A DNA stretch of 64,000 bases from Coraliomargaritaceae bacterium (GTDB taxonomy: Bacteria; Verrucomicrobiota; Verrucomicrobiia; Opitutales; Coraliomargaritaceae), in contig CBFHKU010000003.1 in assembly GCA_965656495.1 (NCBI GenBank), positions 96,001 to 160,000 on the forward strand, read 5' to 3'. This document shows positions 12,005 through 21,674 of this stretch, piece by piece (the stretch's first letter is position 1; each line of letters opens with the position of its first letter). The notes beneath the pieces were generated by a model, which ran no database searches, had not been told where the DNA came from, and saw nothing but the letters and a program-made list of their open reading frames with translations. Both the position numbers and the translations under genes were made by a program.

Positions 12005-12036
12005 GTGGGAAAGTGCAAAGGTGTGAAAGTGGGAAG
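12005..12036. repeat. Tandem octamer array (GTGKGAAR family) after the carA stop
   Basis: gtgggaaa gtgcaaag gtgtgaaa gtgggaag; same family as 54186-54225. Confidence 0.75.
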
Positions 12037-12464
12037 GTTAGGGAACGTCAAAAGTAACCCACGCGCCAACCAATAGCATGTGTACCAGTGATGCCATTTT
12101 TTAAGGAAACGCATACAGAAGCTTCTTGGCTACGAAGCCTTCATGGTTAGAGCGGTCGATGGATCTGCATGACTTCGGTGCAGGTTTTTGAAAAACCAAC
12201 GGCAACCGAAGCGATAACAGGCATCCCGGTTCCTTTATGGAAGGGAAGCTTGCTTATTCGTTGAACACCCAAGCACAAAGCCCACCTCGAATGTGCGTGT
12301 CCCGGTTAACCGCAGGGTCCAAGCGGAACCCAATCTGCCGGACCGCTGCTGAATTCGGTATGGATGCGACTCCTGCAGCTATGTATTTCAATTTATGACT
12401 CAGCTGAAGCACAATCGCAAGCATCCAGCTTCTGTATTGCCCTAAGGCCAGCTTAGCTGGCGAC

Positions 12465-12491
12465 CGCTAATGGGCGCTGATTTTCGCTAAT
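12465..12491. repeat. Three CGCTRAT units at 10-nt period
   Basis: cgctaat ggg cgctgat ttt cgctaat. Confidence 0.55.
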
Positions 12492-12521
12492 CCTTAAAAC
12501 AAAAATATGAGCGGTTCCCGG

Positions 12522-12663
12522 CTCTGCGTTTTATATTCTAACGCGGAGGAGCTCTCAAACTCTGCGTTTATGATTTAACGCGGAGGAGCGGAGGATCAGA
12601 GGCTCTGCGTTTATGATTTAACGCGGAGGAGCGGAGGAGCGAAGGGCTCTCAAACTCTGCGTT
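12522..12663. repeat. REP-like hairpin array, three full units and one half unit (CTCTGCGTT-loop-AACGCGGAG)
   Basis: Units at 12522-12548, 12560-12585 and 12603-12628, half unit at 12655-12663; linkers made of GAG/CGGAG/CAGAG subrepeats. Confidence 0.9.
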
Positions 12664-12674
12664 GGATAGTTGAC

Positions 12675-12703
12675 TTGCAAATTATTGTGAAATCGCAGAT
12701 AGT
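12675..12703 (+). promoter_or_regulatory. Possible sigma70-like promoter of the TA operon
   Basis: TTGCAA - 17 nt - GATAGT, ending 6 nt before the ATG at 12710. Confidence 0.35.
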
Positions 12704-12709
12704 AAAGGT

Positions 12710-12895
12710 ATGGATGCAATGGAAGTCATCGACCACTTCAAGCGCTTACCTGAAGAAGAACAAGGTAAGGTCGTTGAGTTCATCCGTAAGGATAGCTCTG
12801 CGAAAGTGCGCTATGCCGACGATGAGGCTGCCAAAGCTGCGGGCGAGGCTGTCTTTAATGAACACCCCGAAGTGTTCCGCAAGTTGGCACAATGA
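12710..12895 (+). CDS. Putative antitoxin
   Basis: 61-aa ORF overlapping the toxin gene by ATGA; C-terminal ...EHPEVFRKLAQ resembles Doc-associated antitoxin tails. Confidence 0.7.
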   Translation: MDAMEVIDHFKRLPEEEQGKVVEFIRKDSSAKVRYADDEAAKAAGEAVFNEHPEVFRKLAQ

Positions 12896-13275
12896 GCGAT
12901 CCGGTCTTTTTGACGACCGCTCAGGTAGAAGCTTATCACAGACGAGGCTTGGAGCTTTATGGCGGTTCCGAAGGTCTCCGGAACCGTTCTCTTTTTGAAA
13001 GTGCGGTAGCTCAGGCTCAGAACGTATACTGGTATGGAAATGGCGACCTGTATGACATTGCGGCGGCTTACTGCTACTATATCGCACAAGTCCAAGTGTT
13101 CCTTGATGGGAATAAAAGGGCTGCAACTGCTGCATGCTTGGCCTTCCTGAAGTTGAACGGTGTCAGAACTGATATTGAACTGACGATGCCTCTCTATAAT
13201 GCCTTGATTGATATTGCAGAACATCGCATGGACCGTGACGGTCTGGCGGGCATGCTTCGCGAGTTGCTCACATAG
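12892..13275 (+). CDS. Death-on-curing (Doc/Fic family) toxin-like protein
   Basis: YGGSEGLRN..LFESAV, DL..IAAAY and QVFLDGNKRAA..ACLAFLKLNG motifs; Gln at the His position. Confidence 0.88.
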   Translation: MSDPVFLTTAQVEAYHRRGLELYGGSEGLRNRSLFESAVAQAQNVYWYGNGDLYDIAAAYCYYIAQVQVFLDGNKRAATAACLAFLKLNGVRTDIELTMPLYNALIDIAEHRMDRDGLAGMLRELLT

Positions 13276-13341
13276 CCGCAAAAGGGGGTTAAAGGTGGGA
13301 ACGTTGAACGACGGGCGTTGTTGAGTTGTGACCCTTTGCTG

Positions 13342-13465
13342 CTCTGCGTTTATGATTTAACGCGGAGGAGCAGAGGAGCAGAGGCTCTGCGTTTTATATT
13401 TTAACGCGGAGGAGCGGAGGAGCAGAGGGGCTCTGGAACTCTGCGTTTTATATTTTAACGCGGAG
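13342..13465. repeat. REP-like hairpin array, three units, same orientation as 12522-12663
   Basis: Units at 13342-13367, 13385-13411 and 13439-13465. Confidence 0.9.
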
Positions 13466-13474
13466 GGGCGCGGC

Positions 13475-15052
13475 TCAATTAAGGAGGGCGTTGGATTCGA
13501 GCCAGGTGAGGAAGTTGTCGGTGGCGGCTTGGGCGGTGTCGACGGGGATGCCGCCACGGGCGCGGACTTTTTCGGCTTCATTGGGTTCAAAGGTACGGAT
13601 GATGGCTTTGGCGGATCCGCTGCGAAGGGTGTCGAGGGCGACGCGGGCGTCGCGGCTGCGGCGCATGGAACAAAGCACGACACGGGCTTCGCGGGCATTG
13701 ACCTGTTGGAGGACGCGGGCGTCTGAGCCGTCGCCCTGGAGGGCATGGTTTCCGCGTTCCCGGAGTTGGCGGACCACGGAGGCGTCGTCATCGACCACTA
13801 TAACTTCGAGCCCGTGCTCGATGAGGAATTGCACAGTCTGGCGGCCCGCGCGTCCGTAACCGAGGAGGACGGCGTGATCCTTAAAGGTTTTAAATGCATC
13901 GCTGCGGGCGTAGCGGGGTTTGGGGTGGAGCTTCATGAGTCGCCAGGCGATGGAATCGCGCGACACCAGGGGGGTGAGGGTCATGGTGCCGACCGTGATG
14001 AGGGCGAGCATGGAGAAGAGTTCGGGGCTGAGGTGTCCGGCGCTCATGCCGAAGAAGGCGAGGAGGAGGGAAAATTCACTGGTCTGGGAAAGGAGGATGC
14101 CGGCTTCGAGGGCGGCGCGGGTGGAGTAGCCGAGCCGCTCGGCGAGGAAGGTGACGAGGAGGACCGTGACGAGGATGAGGACCAGAATAAGGACGAGGCC
14201 GTGAACCGCCATGGAGGCGGTGGGGAGGGTCAGGACAAAACCGATGCTGATAAAAAAGAGGGCGAGGAAGAAACCGGTGAGGGAATGGAGCATGCCCCGG
14301 ACGAGTCCATTCATGGGGAAGGCGGAGAGGACAAAGCCCGCGAGGAAGGCCCCGACGAGGTAGGGGAGGTCGAGGAGGTGGGCGATTGCGGAAAAGGTGA
14401 AGAGGGTGGCGAGGGCGCCGAGCATGAGGGTTTCTTCATCGGCGCTGAAGCGACCGCAGACCCAGGGGATAAGGCGTCGGTGGAGGAGGAGGGCGGCGGC
14501 ACCGAGGGCGAGGGCTTTGAGGAGGGCGGTAGCGCAGAGGAGGGGTCCGCCTGCCACCGCTTGCAGGCCTACGATCACGAGAATGATAAAGACGTCCTGC
14601 ATGAGGAGAACGCCCACTACGAGGCGTCCGTAGGGTTCAAAGAATTGGCGGCGTTGCTGGAGGTGGCGCACCGCCACGAGGGTAGAACTGGCGGAAAGTG
14701 CCGAGCCAATATAGAAAGCGGTCATCCAATCATAGCCGAGCCACCGCGCGGTGAGGCTCCCGGCGAGACCCAGCAAGAGGAACTGGGTGAAGGCTAGGAT
14801 AAGAACCGGTCGGGCGCGGCCTTTGACGCGGCGTGGGCTGAGGTCGGCGCCGGCGGTAAAGACGAGGACCGCGAGTCCGAGCTCGATGGTTTCACGCACA
14901 AGGGCGGGATCGATCTGGATTTGAAGGGCATCGGCGAGGAATTGGAGGCCGACCCCGCCGAGCATGAGGAGCGGGATGACGGGAAGTCGCACGAGCTTGG
15001 CGAGGCCAAAGGCGAGCGCTGCCACAAGGAGGAGGATGGCGTAACCGCTCAT
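13475..15052 (-). CDS. CPA2 cation:proton antiporter with TrkA-N (KTN) domain, Kef-like
   Basis: Many TM helices; SASSTLV, LLMQD, GAFLAG, SQTSEFS; C-terminal GYGRAG; ATG 15052 overlaps the upstream stop. Confidence 0.9.
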   Translation of the reverse strand: MSGYAILLLVAALAFGLAKLVRLPVIPLLMLGGVGLQFLADALQIQIDPALVRETIELGLAVLVFTAGADLSPRRVKGRARPVLILAFTQFLLLGLAGSLTARWLGYDWMTAFYIGSALSASSTLVAVRHLQQRRQFFEPYGRLVVGVLLMQDVFIILVIVGLQAVAGGPLLCATALLKALALGAAALLLHRRLIPWVCGRFSADEETLMLGALATLFTFSAIAHLLDLPYLVGAFLAGFVLSAFPMNGLVRGMLHSLTGFFLALFFISIGFVLTLPTASMAVHGLVLILVLILVTVLLVTFLAERLGYSTRAALEAGILLSQTSEFSLLLAFFGMSAGHLSPELFSMLALITVGTMTLTPLVSRDSIAWRLMKLHPKPRYARSDAFKTFKDHAVLLGYGRAGRQTVQFLIEHGLEVIVVDDDASVVRQLRERGNHALQGDGSDARVLQQVNAREARVVLCSMRRSRDARVALDTLRSGSAKAIIRTFEPNEAEKVRARGGIPVDTAQAATDNFLTWLESNALLN

Positions 15053-16737
15053 GACTGCACGAGCCCCTCCTTGAGCAGGATTTCTTTTTGTGCAATAGTA
15101 CCGTCGGCGGAGGGCATCAAGAGGTAGGCGGTTTCGAGGTCGAGCAAGTCGTCCACCATGGAAAGGTCGAAGGCATGAATGGCGCAGCGCACCCCAAAGG
15201 TTTTGCAACGATAGGCAAGGAGGTGATTAACGTCCTCGATTTGAAGAGCGGAAACCACCAGGCGGGCGCGGCGCAGTCCGATTTCCTCCACCACCGATTC
15301 GTATTCAACACTGCCGATAAAGGTTTCGGCTGCGCCGAGGCCGTCCAGTTTGCGGGGGTCGGTATCGACTGCGAGGACCGCTTGCCCTCTGGCGGCGAGG
15401 GCGGTTGCGATGGCGCGTCCCATCGCGTTCATGCCGACTATAATGCAATGCCCGCTGCGGGAATCCTCTGCCTCGGTGAGGGTCTTTTGTTTACCGCCGA
15501 GGAAGCGAAGGACGCCGCTCTTTTCGCACACCCGGTAAAGTGCGTTCGCGTGGAGGATGAGGTAGGAAGAGACCGCGATTGTGACGAGCCCCACCATCCC
15601 GCCGAGGGTGACGAGGGGCCCGCCTATGAGTCCGGAACTGGCACCGAGTGCGAGGAGGATGAAGGAGAATTCACTGACCTGCCCGGTGGCGATGGCGGTA
15701 TGGAAGGCGGTGTGAGCATCAAAGCGCATCCGGGTGAGGATTGTAAATACGAGGAGTGGTTTTATGAGGAGCACGAAAACGCTGAGGGCGAGCGCCGCGA
15801 CCCAGACGGTTCCGAAGTCCTGCACTTCCATGCGGATGCCGAGGGTCACGAGAAAGACCGCGATGAAGAAAGTCATGAGGGGGTGGAGGCGGCGATGCAG
15901 GTCTTCGTGCATCGGCAATTGCGCCACTGCGACGCCGGCGAGGAAGGCTCCGATTTCGAGGGAGAGATGGAATTGGTGAGCGAGGAGGACGATAAGGAAG
16001 CACCAGCAAAGCGCCCAGATAAAGATGGTATCGGGGGAGTTGGCGGCCCATGCAAAGGGGCGGGGCAGGAGGTAACGCGCTGCCGCAAGCACCACCAAGA
16101 GGAGTAGTGCCATCCCACCGAAGGCGACCCCAAGGCTTTTGAGGACGGGGCTCAGTTCAAAACTGGCACCGCTCCCGAGGCCGCTCAGGACCGTGAGGGC
16201 GAGGATTACGACAATGTCCTGCCCGAGGAAGAGGCCGACTGCGAGGCGGGCGTAGCGGCGGTGCATGTGCCCCTTTTGGTCGAGCAATTTAATGACGACA
16301 ACGGTGCTGCTGAAGGTAACGGTCGCGGCGAGGAAGACCGCGGGGAGCCATTCAAAGCCCAGGAGGCGCGCCACTGCAAATCCGCCAAGGGCGGTGAAGC
16401 ATACCTGAAAACCGCTCAGGAGGAGGGCGGCTTTTCCAAGGTCCTTGATTTTCCCGAAGCTCAGTTCGAGGCCGACGAGGAAGAGGAGGAGGGCGATGCC
16501 GAGTTCCGCAATGAGTTCGAGGGAATGATCGATCGCAACCAGCCCGAGGGCGGGGCCGAGCAAAAGCCCCGCGAGGAGGTAGCCCACCAGTGACGGCATC
16601 CCGATTTTTTTCCCGAGGAACGCAAAGGCGGTCGCCGCGAGGATGATGTAACCGAGGTCGAGGAGTAGGGTGACTTCTGAAAAACCGTCCACGCATTCAT
16701 TGAGAGGCGTATTCCCGGCGGTGGCAATACCACGCAA
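15049..16737 (-). CDS. CPA2 cation:proton antiporter with KTN domain, Kef-like paralog
   Basis: [31 protein letters not shown] and GQVSEFSF motifs; C-terminal GMNAMG; start uncertain. Confidence 0.9.
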   Translation of the reverse strand: MRGIATAGNTPLNECVDGFSEVTLLLDLGYIILAATAFAFLGKKIGMPSLVGYLLAGLLLGPALGLVAIDHSLELIAELGIALLLFLVGLELSFGKIKDLGKAALLLSGFQVCFTALGGFAVARLLGFEWLPAVFLAATVTFSSTVVVIKLLDQKGHMHRRYARLAVGLFLGQDIVVILALTVLSGLGSGASFELSPVLKSLGVAFGGMALLLLVVLAAARYLLPRPFAWAANSPDTIFIWALCWCFLIVLLAHQFHLSLEIGAFLAGVAVAQLPMHEDLHRRLHPLMTFFIAVFLVTLGIRMEVQDFGTVWVAALALSVFVLLIKPLLVFTILTRMRFDAHTAFHTAIATGQVSEFSFILLALGASSGLIGGPLVTLGGMVGLVTIAVSSYLILHANALYRVCEKSGVLRFLGGKQKTLTEAEDSRSGHCIIVGMNAMGRAIATALAARGQAVLAVDTDPRKLDGLGAAETFIGSVEYESVVEEIGLRRARLVVSALQIEDVNHLLAYRCKTFGVRCAIHAFDLSMVDDLLDLETAYLLMPSADGTIAQKEILLKEGLVQS

Positions 16738-16768
16738 GGTCTGGGGTAAAAATTTTCAAGCGCGCGAT

Positions 16769-18070
16769 TTATCGGTGGTCTTGAAGGTTTGGGGTTGGGT
16801 CGGATGCCGAAAGCCCTTGTATCCGGCTCATGATTTCACCGATGAGATAAATCGAGCCGGTCACGAGAATGGTTGCTCCGGGTTGTCCGGCGGTGCAGCA
16901 GTCTTTTGAAGGAAAGAGTTGAGCGAGGGTGTCGTCGCGGACGGGGATGGGGTAAGGGTCGGGCAGGTGGCGGCGGAGGCTTTGGGTGGAAGTGGCGCGG
17001 GGCTGGCTGGGCTCTACGAGGATGAGCTCGCGGGCATGGGGTGCGACGGTCTCGATGAGGCTGCGTCCGCGCTCCTCGCCAAGGGTGCCTGCGATGATGA
17101 TGGGTTTTTCTTTGAGCTGTTGCAGGTTTTCGGCGAGGTAGGCGGCGCCCTCGGAGTTGTGGGTGGCGTCGAGAATGAGGCTGCGATCGGGCAGTGCGAT
17201 GGTTTGCCAGCGGCCCGGCCAGTTTACTTGTTGTAGGGCGTTGTGTTTAGAAATGGGAAATCGTTGTTGGAGGATTTCGGTGGCATAGAGTGCAAGGCCG
17301 GCATTGTGCTGTTGGAACCTGCCGTGGAGGTTGGTCTCAGGCAGTGTTTCGGGATCGGGGAAACGTTCCGCAAGGGTATAAACGGGGCTTTGGCGTTCCT
17401 TTGCGATGGCGCGTAATGCGGCTTCGGCCTCGGGGGGAAGGAAACCAAACAGGACCGGTTTGTGGGGTTTGATGATGCCCCCTTTTTCGCGGGCAATCGC
17501 GCTCAGGGTATCGCCCAAAAGGTCGCAATGGTCGAGGCCGATGGAGGTGATAATGCTGAGTTCGGGGTCGACCACGTTGGTGGCGTCGAGGCGTCCGCCG
17601 AGTCCGGTCTCAATGAGCGCGAGATCGACTTGTGCTTCGGAAAAACGAAGGAAGGCCATGGCGGCCATGTATTCAAAAAAGGTGGGGCCGAGTTCGGGGT
17701 TTTCTTTGGCAAGGGTTTCGGCGAGGGGACGCATCCGGGCGGTGTATTCCATTAGGGCTGCTTCCTGCAATGGTTGACGGTTTACCTGAAGGCGTTCCCC
17801 AAGGTGCAGGAGGTGGGGAGAGGTAAAGAGCCCGGTCTTGTATCCATTGTCCCGATACAAAGCCTCGAGGATGGCACAGACGGAACCTTTGCCATTGGTG
17901 CCTGCGACGTGGATGAGGGGGAAGCGTTCCTGGGGGTTTTTCAGGCAGGCGAGAAAGGCCTGCATGCGCTCGAGGCCGTATTTGGAGCCTTGGTTGCGAA
18001 GGGCGTAAAGGAAATCGCAGGTCGCGGCATAGGGGTTTGCCGTGCTGCTGGAATCATTGGCCTCGTGCAT
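16769..18070 (-). CDS. folC: Folylpolyglutamate synthase / dihydrofolate synthase
   Basis: [45 protein letters not shown] and GSIYLIG motifs. Confidence 0.95.
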   Translation of the reverse strand: MHEANDSSSTANPYAATCDFLYALRNQGSKYGLERMQAFLACLKNPQERFPLIHVAGTNGKGSVCAILEALYRDNGYKTGLFTSPHLLHLGERLQVNRQPLQEAALMEYTARMRPLAETLAKENPELGPTFFEYMAAMAFLRFSEAQVDLALIETGLGGRLDATNVVDPELSIITSIGLDHCDLLGDTLSAIAREKGGIIKPHKPVLFGFLPPEAEAALRAIAKERQSPVYTLAERFPDPETLPETNLHGRFQQHNAGLALYATEILQQRFPISKHNALQQVNWPGRWQTIALPDRSLILDATHNSEGAAYLAENLQQLKEKPIIIAGTLGEERGRSLIETVAPHARELILVEPSQPRATSTQSLRRHLPDPYPIPVRDDTLAQLFPSKDCCTAGQPGATILVTGSIYLIGEIMSRIQGLSASDPTPNLQDHR

Positions 18071-18097
18071 TGCTTTGCCGGAGCCGGCCGTTGGGGT

Positions 18098-18958
18098 CTA
18101 GGCGCTTTGGGAGGCAGTCTTTTTGCCAAAGCACTTTAGGAGATGAATGAGTCGATCGCGCATTTCAGCGCGGGGCGTGATCATATCAACGAGACCGTGT
18201 TCGAGGAGGAACTCGGAGGTTTGGAATCCTTCGGGCAAATCCTGTTGGGTGGTTTCTTTGATAACACGTGGTCCGGCGAAGCCGATGAGGGCTTCCGGTT
18301 CGGCGATAATGACATCTCCGAGAGAGGCGTAGCTCGCCATCACTCCAGCCATGGTGGGGTTGGTAAGAATTGAGATAAAAGGGATGCCGGCTTCGCTGAG
18401 GCGGGCCAGGGCTGCGCTGGTTTTGGCAAGCTGCATGAGGCTTAGGATGCCTTCCTGCATGCGTGCGCCGCCCGAGGCGGAGACGATGATGACCGGGCAT
18501 TTTTCTTCGAGGCCACGTTCAATTGCGCGGGTGATTTTTTCGCCGGCCGCGGATCCGAGGGAGGCTCCCATGAAGCGGAAATCCATCACGGCGATACTGA
18601 CGGGGAGGCCATCCATGGTACCGAGGCCGTCCACTACGGCATCATTTTCCTTGGTTTTCGCCTGATTGGCTTTGAGTTTTTCGGTATATTTTGCGGTGGC
18701 GTTGAATTTGAGGGGGTCGAGTGATTGAACGCCCTGATCCTTTTCTTCGAAGGAATTTTCATCGAGCAAGGAAGCGATACGGTCGCGGGCATTGAGCGGA
18801 AAATGGTAACCGCTGCTGGGAACCACCATGAGGTTTTCCTTGAGGACACGGTTATAAATAATCTCCCCGGTCTTTGGGCATTTGGTCCAAAGGTCCTTGG
18901 GTATATCTTTTTTCTTAACCGTGACGGTTGAGTAGTTCGGTTTGCCAAAAATTGCCAT
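18098..18958 (-). CDS. accD: Acetyl-CoA carboxylase carboxyltransferase beta subunit
   Basis: [35 protein letters not shown] and [11 protein letters not shown] motifs. Confidence 0.96.
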   Translation of the reverse strand: MAIFGKPNYSTVTVKKKDIPKDLWTKCPKTGEIIYNRVLKENLMVVPSSGYHFPLNARDRIASLLDENSFEEKDQGVQSLDPLKFNATAKYTEKLKANQAKTKENDAVVDGLGTMDGLPVSIAVMDFRFMGASLGSAAGEKITRAIERGLEEKCPVIIVSASGGARMQEGILSLMQLAKTSAALARLSEAGIPFISILTNPTMAGVMASYASLGDVIIAEPEALIGFAGPRVIKETTQQDLPEGFQTSEFLLEHGLVDMITPRAEMRDRLIHLLKCFGKKTASQSA

Positions 18959-18981
18959 TATTTTAAGGAGGGAAGTTGTTG

Positions 18982-19713
18982 TTAACCGTGTCCGATGGCG
19001 ACTGCCCGGAGGTGGGTCACGCCGGCGGCGCGAAGAGTGCGGGCGCAGGCATTGAGAGTCGAACCGGTGGTGAAGACATCGTCCACGAGTATGTAATATG
19101 TATTTGCCATTAAATCAGCTGCAGGGGAGATGGCAAAGGCATTTTTTACGTTTTGTATTCGATCTTTGCGGTCGAGTTGGGTCTGTGATTCGGTGAATTC
19201 TTTGCGTTCGAGGAGGGTTTGAACGGCTTGGGCATCGCTGTTGCGGAGGAGGGTGCGTGCGATTTGCTCGCTTTGATTAAAACCCCGTTCCCGTAGTTTT
19301 GTGGGATGAAGGGGGACCGGCACGAGAATGGCACCGCTCAGGAATGCTTGAAAATGGGGTTGCTCATGTAGCATTCGGGCAAGGTCTTTGAGAATGTAGA
19401 AACCCTGCCGGTATTTGAGGGCGTGCAGGAGGCTGCGCCCCGGGCCTTTGGTGAGAAAGAGGCTTTTTCCTTTTTCAAAGACTGGTTCCAGTTCGGTGCA
19501 GTGGGGGCATTCGCGGGCTGCGATGACCGCTCCAAAAAAGGGATATCCGCAGGTTTTGCAGGCCGGGGGGGTGCAGAACTGCAGCTCGCGAGCGCAGGAG
19601 GGGCAAAGGTATTGATATTTCCCCTGCTCAACCGGCCCGGCGCAATGGACGCAACTGCGCGGAAAGAGCAGGTCGGCGGCGGCATCAAGTGCAGCTTGTA
19701 GGTAGAACGCCAT
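18982..19713 (-). CDS. ComF family protein (double zinc ribbon plus PRTase domain)
   Basis: Four CxxC pairs, VPVPLH..K..ERGFNQS and [11 protein letters not shown]. Confidence 0.9.
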   Translation of the reverse strand: MAFYLQAALDAAADLLFPRSCVHCAGPVEQGKYQYLCPSCARELQFCTPPACKTCGYPFFGAVIAARECPHCTELEPVFEKGKSLFLTKGPGRSLLHALKYRQGFYILKDLARMLHEQPHFQAFLSGAILVPVPLHPTKLRERGFNQSEQIARTLLRNSDAQAVQTLLERKEFTESQTQLDRKDRIQNVKNAFAISPAADLMANTYYILVDDVFTTGSTLNACARTLRAAGVTHLRAVAIGHG

Positions 19714-19719
19714 TGGTCT

Positions 19720-20073
19720 TTAGGCCACTCTGAGAGCTTTGGCGAGTTGTTGTAGGCGTTTATCGTGGGTCCACAGATTGCAGGCATGCAGGCGGCATGC
19801 CGCAAGCAGATGGGCATCAATCCAGCCTATGCCGCGACCCATAAGGCGGTGCTTTTCGATAAGGTAGAGGACTTCCTCGTTTTCGGCAGCAGGGATTTGC
19901 GGGAGCGCCTGAAAGAGGTGCATTAATGTTTTGCGTTGTTGTAGGTTGCCGAGGGCGAGTTCGCCCAGCACGTGGGGGTGCATATAAACCATCCCATTGC
20001 CGAGTGCTTCGACCAGTTCCGCGTTTTTTCGCCGGAGGTGGTCAATCCAGACGGAAGTATCAACGAGGGTCAT
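19720..20073 (-). CDS. vapC: VapC-family PIN-domain toxin
   Basis: LVDTSVWIDH, HVLGELALG, IGWIDAHLLA and LWTHDKRL motifs. Confidence 0.92.
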   Translation of the reverse strand: MTLVDTSVWIDHLRRKNAELVEALGNGMVYMHPHVLGELALGNLQQRKTLMHLFQALPQIPAAENEEVLYLIEKHRLMGRGIGWIDAHLLAACRLHACNLWTHDKRLQQLAKALRVA

Positions 20074-20264
20074 GGCTTGGCGCGGCGACGGGGGACGGGG
20101 GTGAGGCGCGGTTCGCTGCCGCCGAGGTTTGCAAGGCGGTGGGCGCTTTGTAACTGGACCAAGGCTTCGAGACCCATGCGCACAAGCGCGGTTTTTTCAC
20201 TCACACCGGTTAGGCGGGTGGCTTCCTCAATCAATTCCGGATCAATATTTAGGGTCGTTTTCAT
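20070..20264 (-). CDS. vapB: VapB-family antitoxin
   Basis: MKTTLNIDPELIEEATRLTG..EKTALVRMGLEALV; ATGA overlap with vapC. Confidence 0.9.
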   Translation of the reverse strand: MKTTLNIDPELIEEATRLTGVSEKTALVRMGLEALVQLQSAHRLANLGGSEPRLTPVPRRRAKP

Positions 20265-20293
20265 ACATATAAGGATGTATGAAATGGATGTAT
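20262..20293. promoter_or_regulatory. Probable VapBC autoregulatory operator
   Basis: Palindrome CATACAT-6nt-ATGTATG (20262-20281) overlapping the vapB start codon, plus another ATGTAT half-site at 20288-20293. Confidence 0.6.
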
Positions 20294-20296
20294 CGA

Positions 20297-21034
20297 TCAA
20301 TAAAAAACACGGTCGAGGCAGAGGCCGGTTCCGGGGGCGGTGACAATGCGGTGGGTGCGGGTGCGGGAGTCGAGGATCTCGCGGATGTCGTCGGGGCTGA
20401 GGCGTCCGCGGCCCACGGCGTAGAGTGCCCCGGCAAAACTGCGAACCATCCGGTAGAGATAGCCGCTGCCCTCGGTCGTCATGGTGAGGTGGCGCCCTTT
20501 TTGAACGAGATCGAGGCGATGGACGGTTTTGACGGGATTGGGGTCACTGTCCTTGCCGTGGGTTGCGCCGAAGGCAGAGAAATCATGGGTGCCGACGAGA
20601 AGTTTGGCGGCTTTTTGCATGGCGGGCAGGTCGAGGGGGACATCGCGGCAGGCCCAGAGGTAGCGTTGCTCGAGCGGGTTGGCGCGGCCCAAATAGAAGC
20701 GGTAAATATAACGTTTTCCGATGGCGGAGTGGCGGGCGTGGAAGGATTCGGCTACGGCAGTTGCGGAACGTATTTGAATGGTATGGGGAAGGATTGAATG
20801 AAGGGCGCGAATGAGCTTGCCGGAATCATGGGGCCATTGGGCGTCGAAATGGAAACATTGCCCGCGGGCGTGGACTCCGGCATCGGTACGGCCACTGCCG
20901 TGTGTTTTGATAGCTTGGTCAAAGATCTGGCTCAAGGCGTCTTCGAGGACATTTTGAATACCGTTGCCCCCGGTCTGGCGTTGCCAGCCGTCAAATTCGG
21001 TGCCGTCGTAGGCGCAGATGCATTTCCAGCGCAT
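20297..21034 (-). CDS. truA: tRNA pseudouridine(38-40) synthase
   Basis: [36 protein letters not shown] and YLYRMVR motifs. Confidence 0.96.
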   Translation of the reverse strand: MRWKCICAYDGTEFDGWQRQTGGNGIQNVLEDALSQIFDQAIKTHGSGRTDAGVHARGQCFHFDAQWPHDSGKLIRALHSILPHTIQIRSATAVAESFHARHSAIGKRYIYRFYLGRANPLEQRYLWACRDVPLDLPAMQKAAKLLVGTHDFSAFGATHGKDSDPNPVKTVHRLDLVQKGRHLTMTTEGSGYLYRMVRSFAGALYAVGRGRLSPDDIREILDSRTRTHRIVTAPGTGLCLDRVFY

Positions 21035-21083
21035 GTAAGGATGCTTGCCAAAGGCGCGGGGGATGCAAGGCTGTGTTGCAGAG

Positions 21084-21651
<568 letters not shown>

Positions 21652-21674
<23 letters not shown>

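Noticed and set aside
12616..12667. Bona fide integron attC site
   Set aside because: Only one unit has both RYYYAAC and GTTRRRY ends, it is only 52 nt, and no integrase is present. Kept only as an alternative hypothesis.
11990..12700. Replication origin at the skew switch
   Set aside because: No DnaA-box cluster was noticed, no dnaA/dnaN is nearby, and the C-rich segment spans only about 6 kb.
12522..13465. CRISPR array
   Set aside because: Linkers are short (about 11-27 nt), repetitive and built from the same subrepeats rather than unique spacers. No cas genes are in the window.
13357..13791. 144-aa minus-strand ORF with repeated SALKYKTQS
   Set aside because: It is a translation of the DNA repeat array and overlaps the antiporter gene in another frame.
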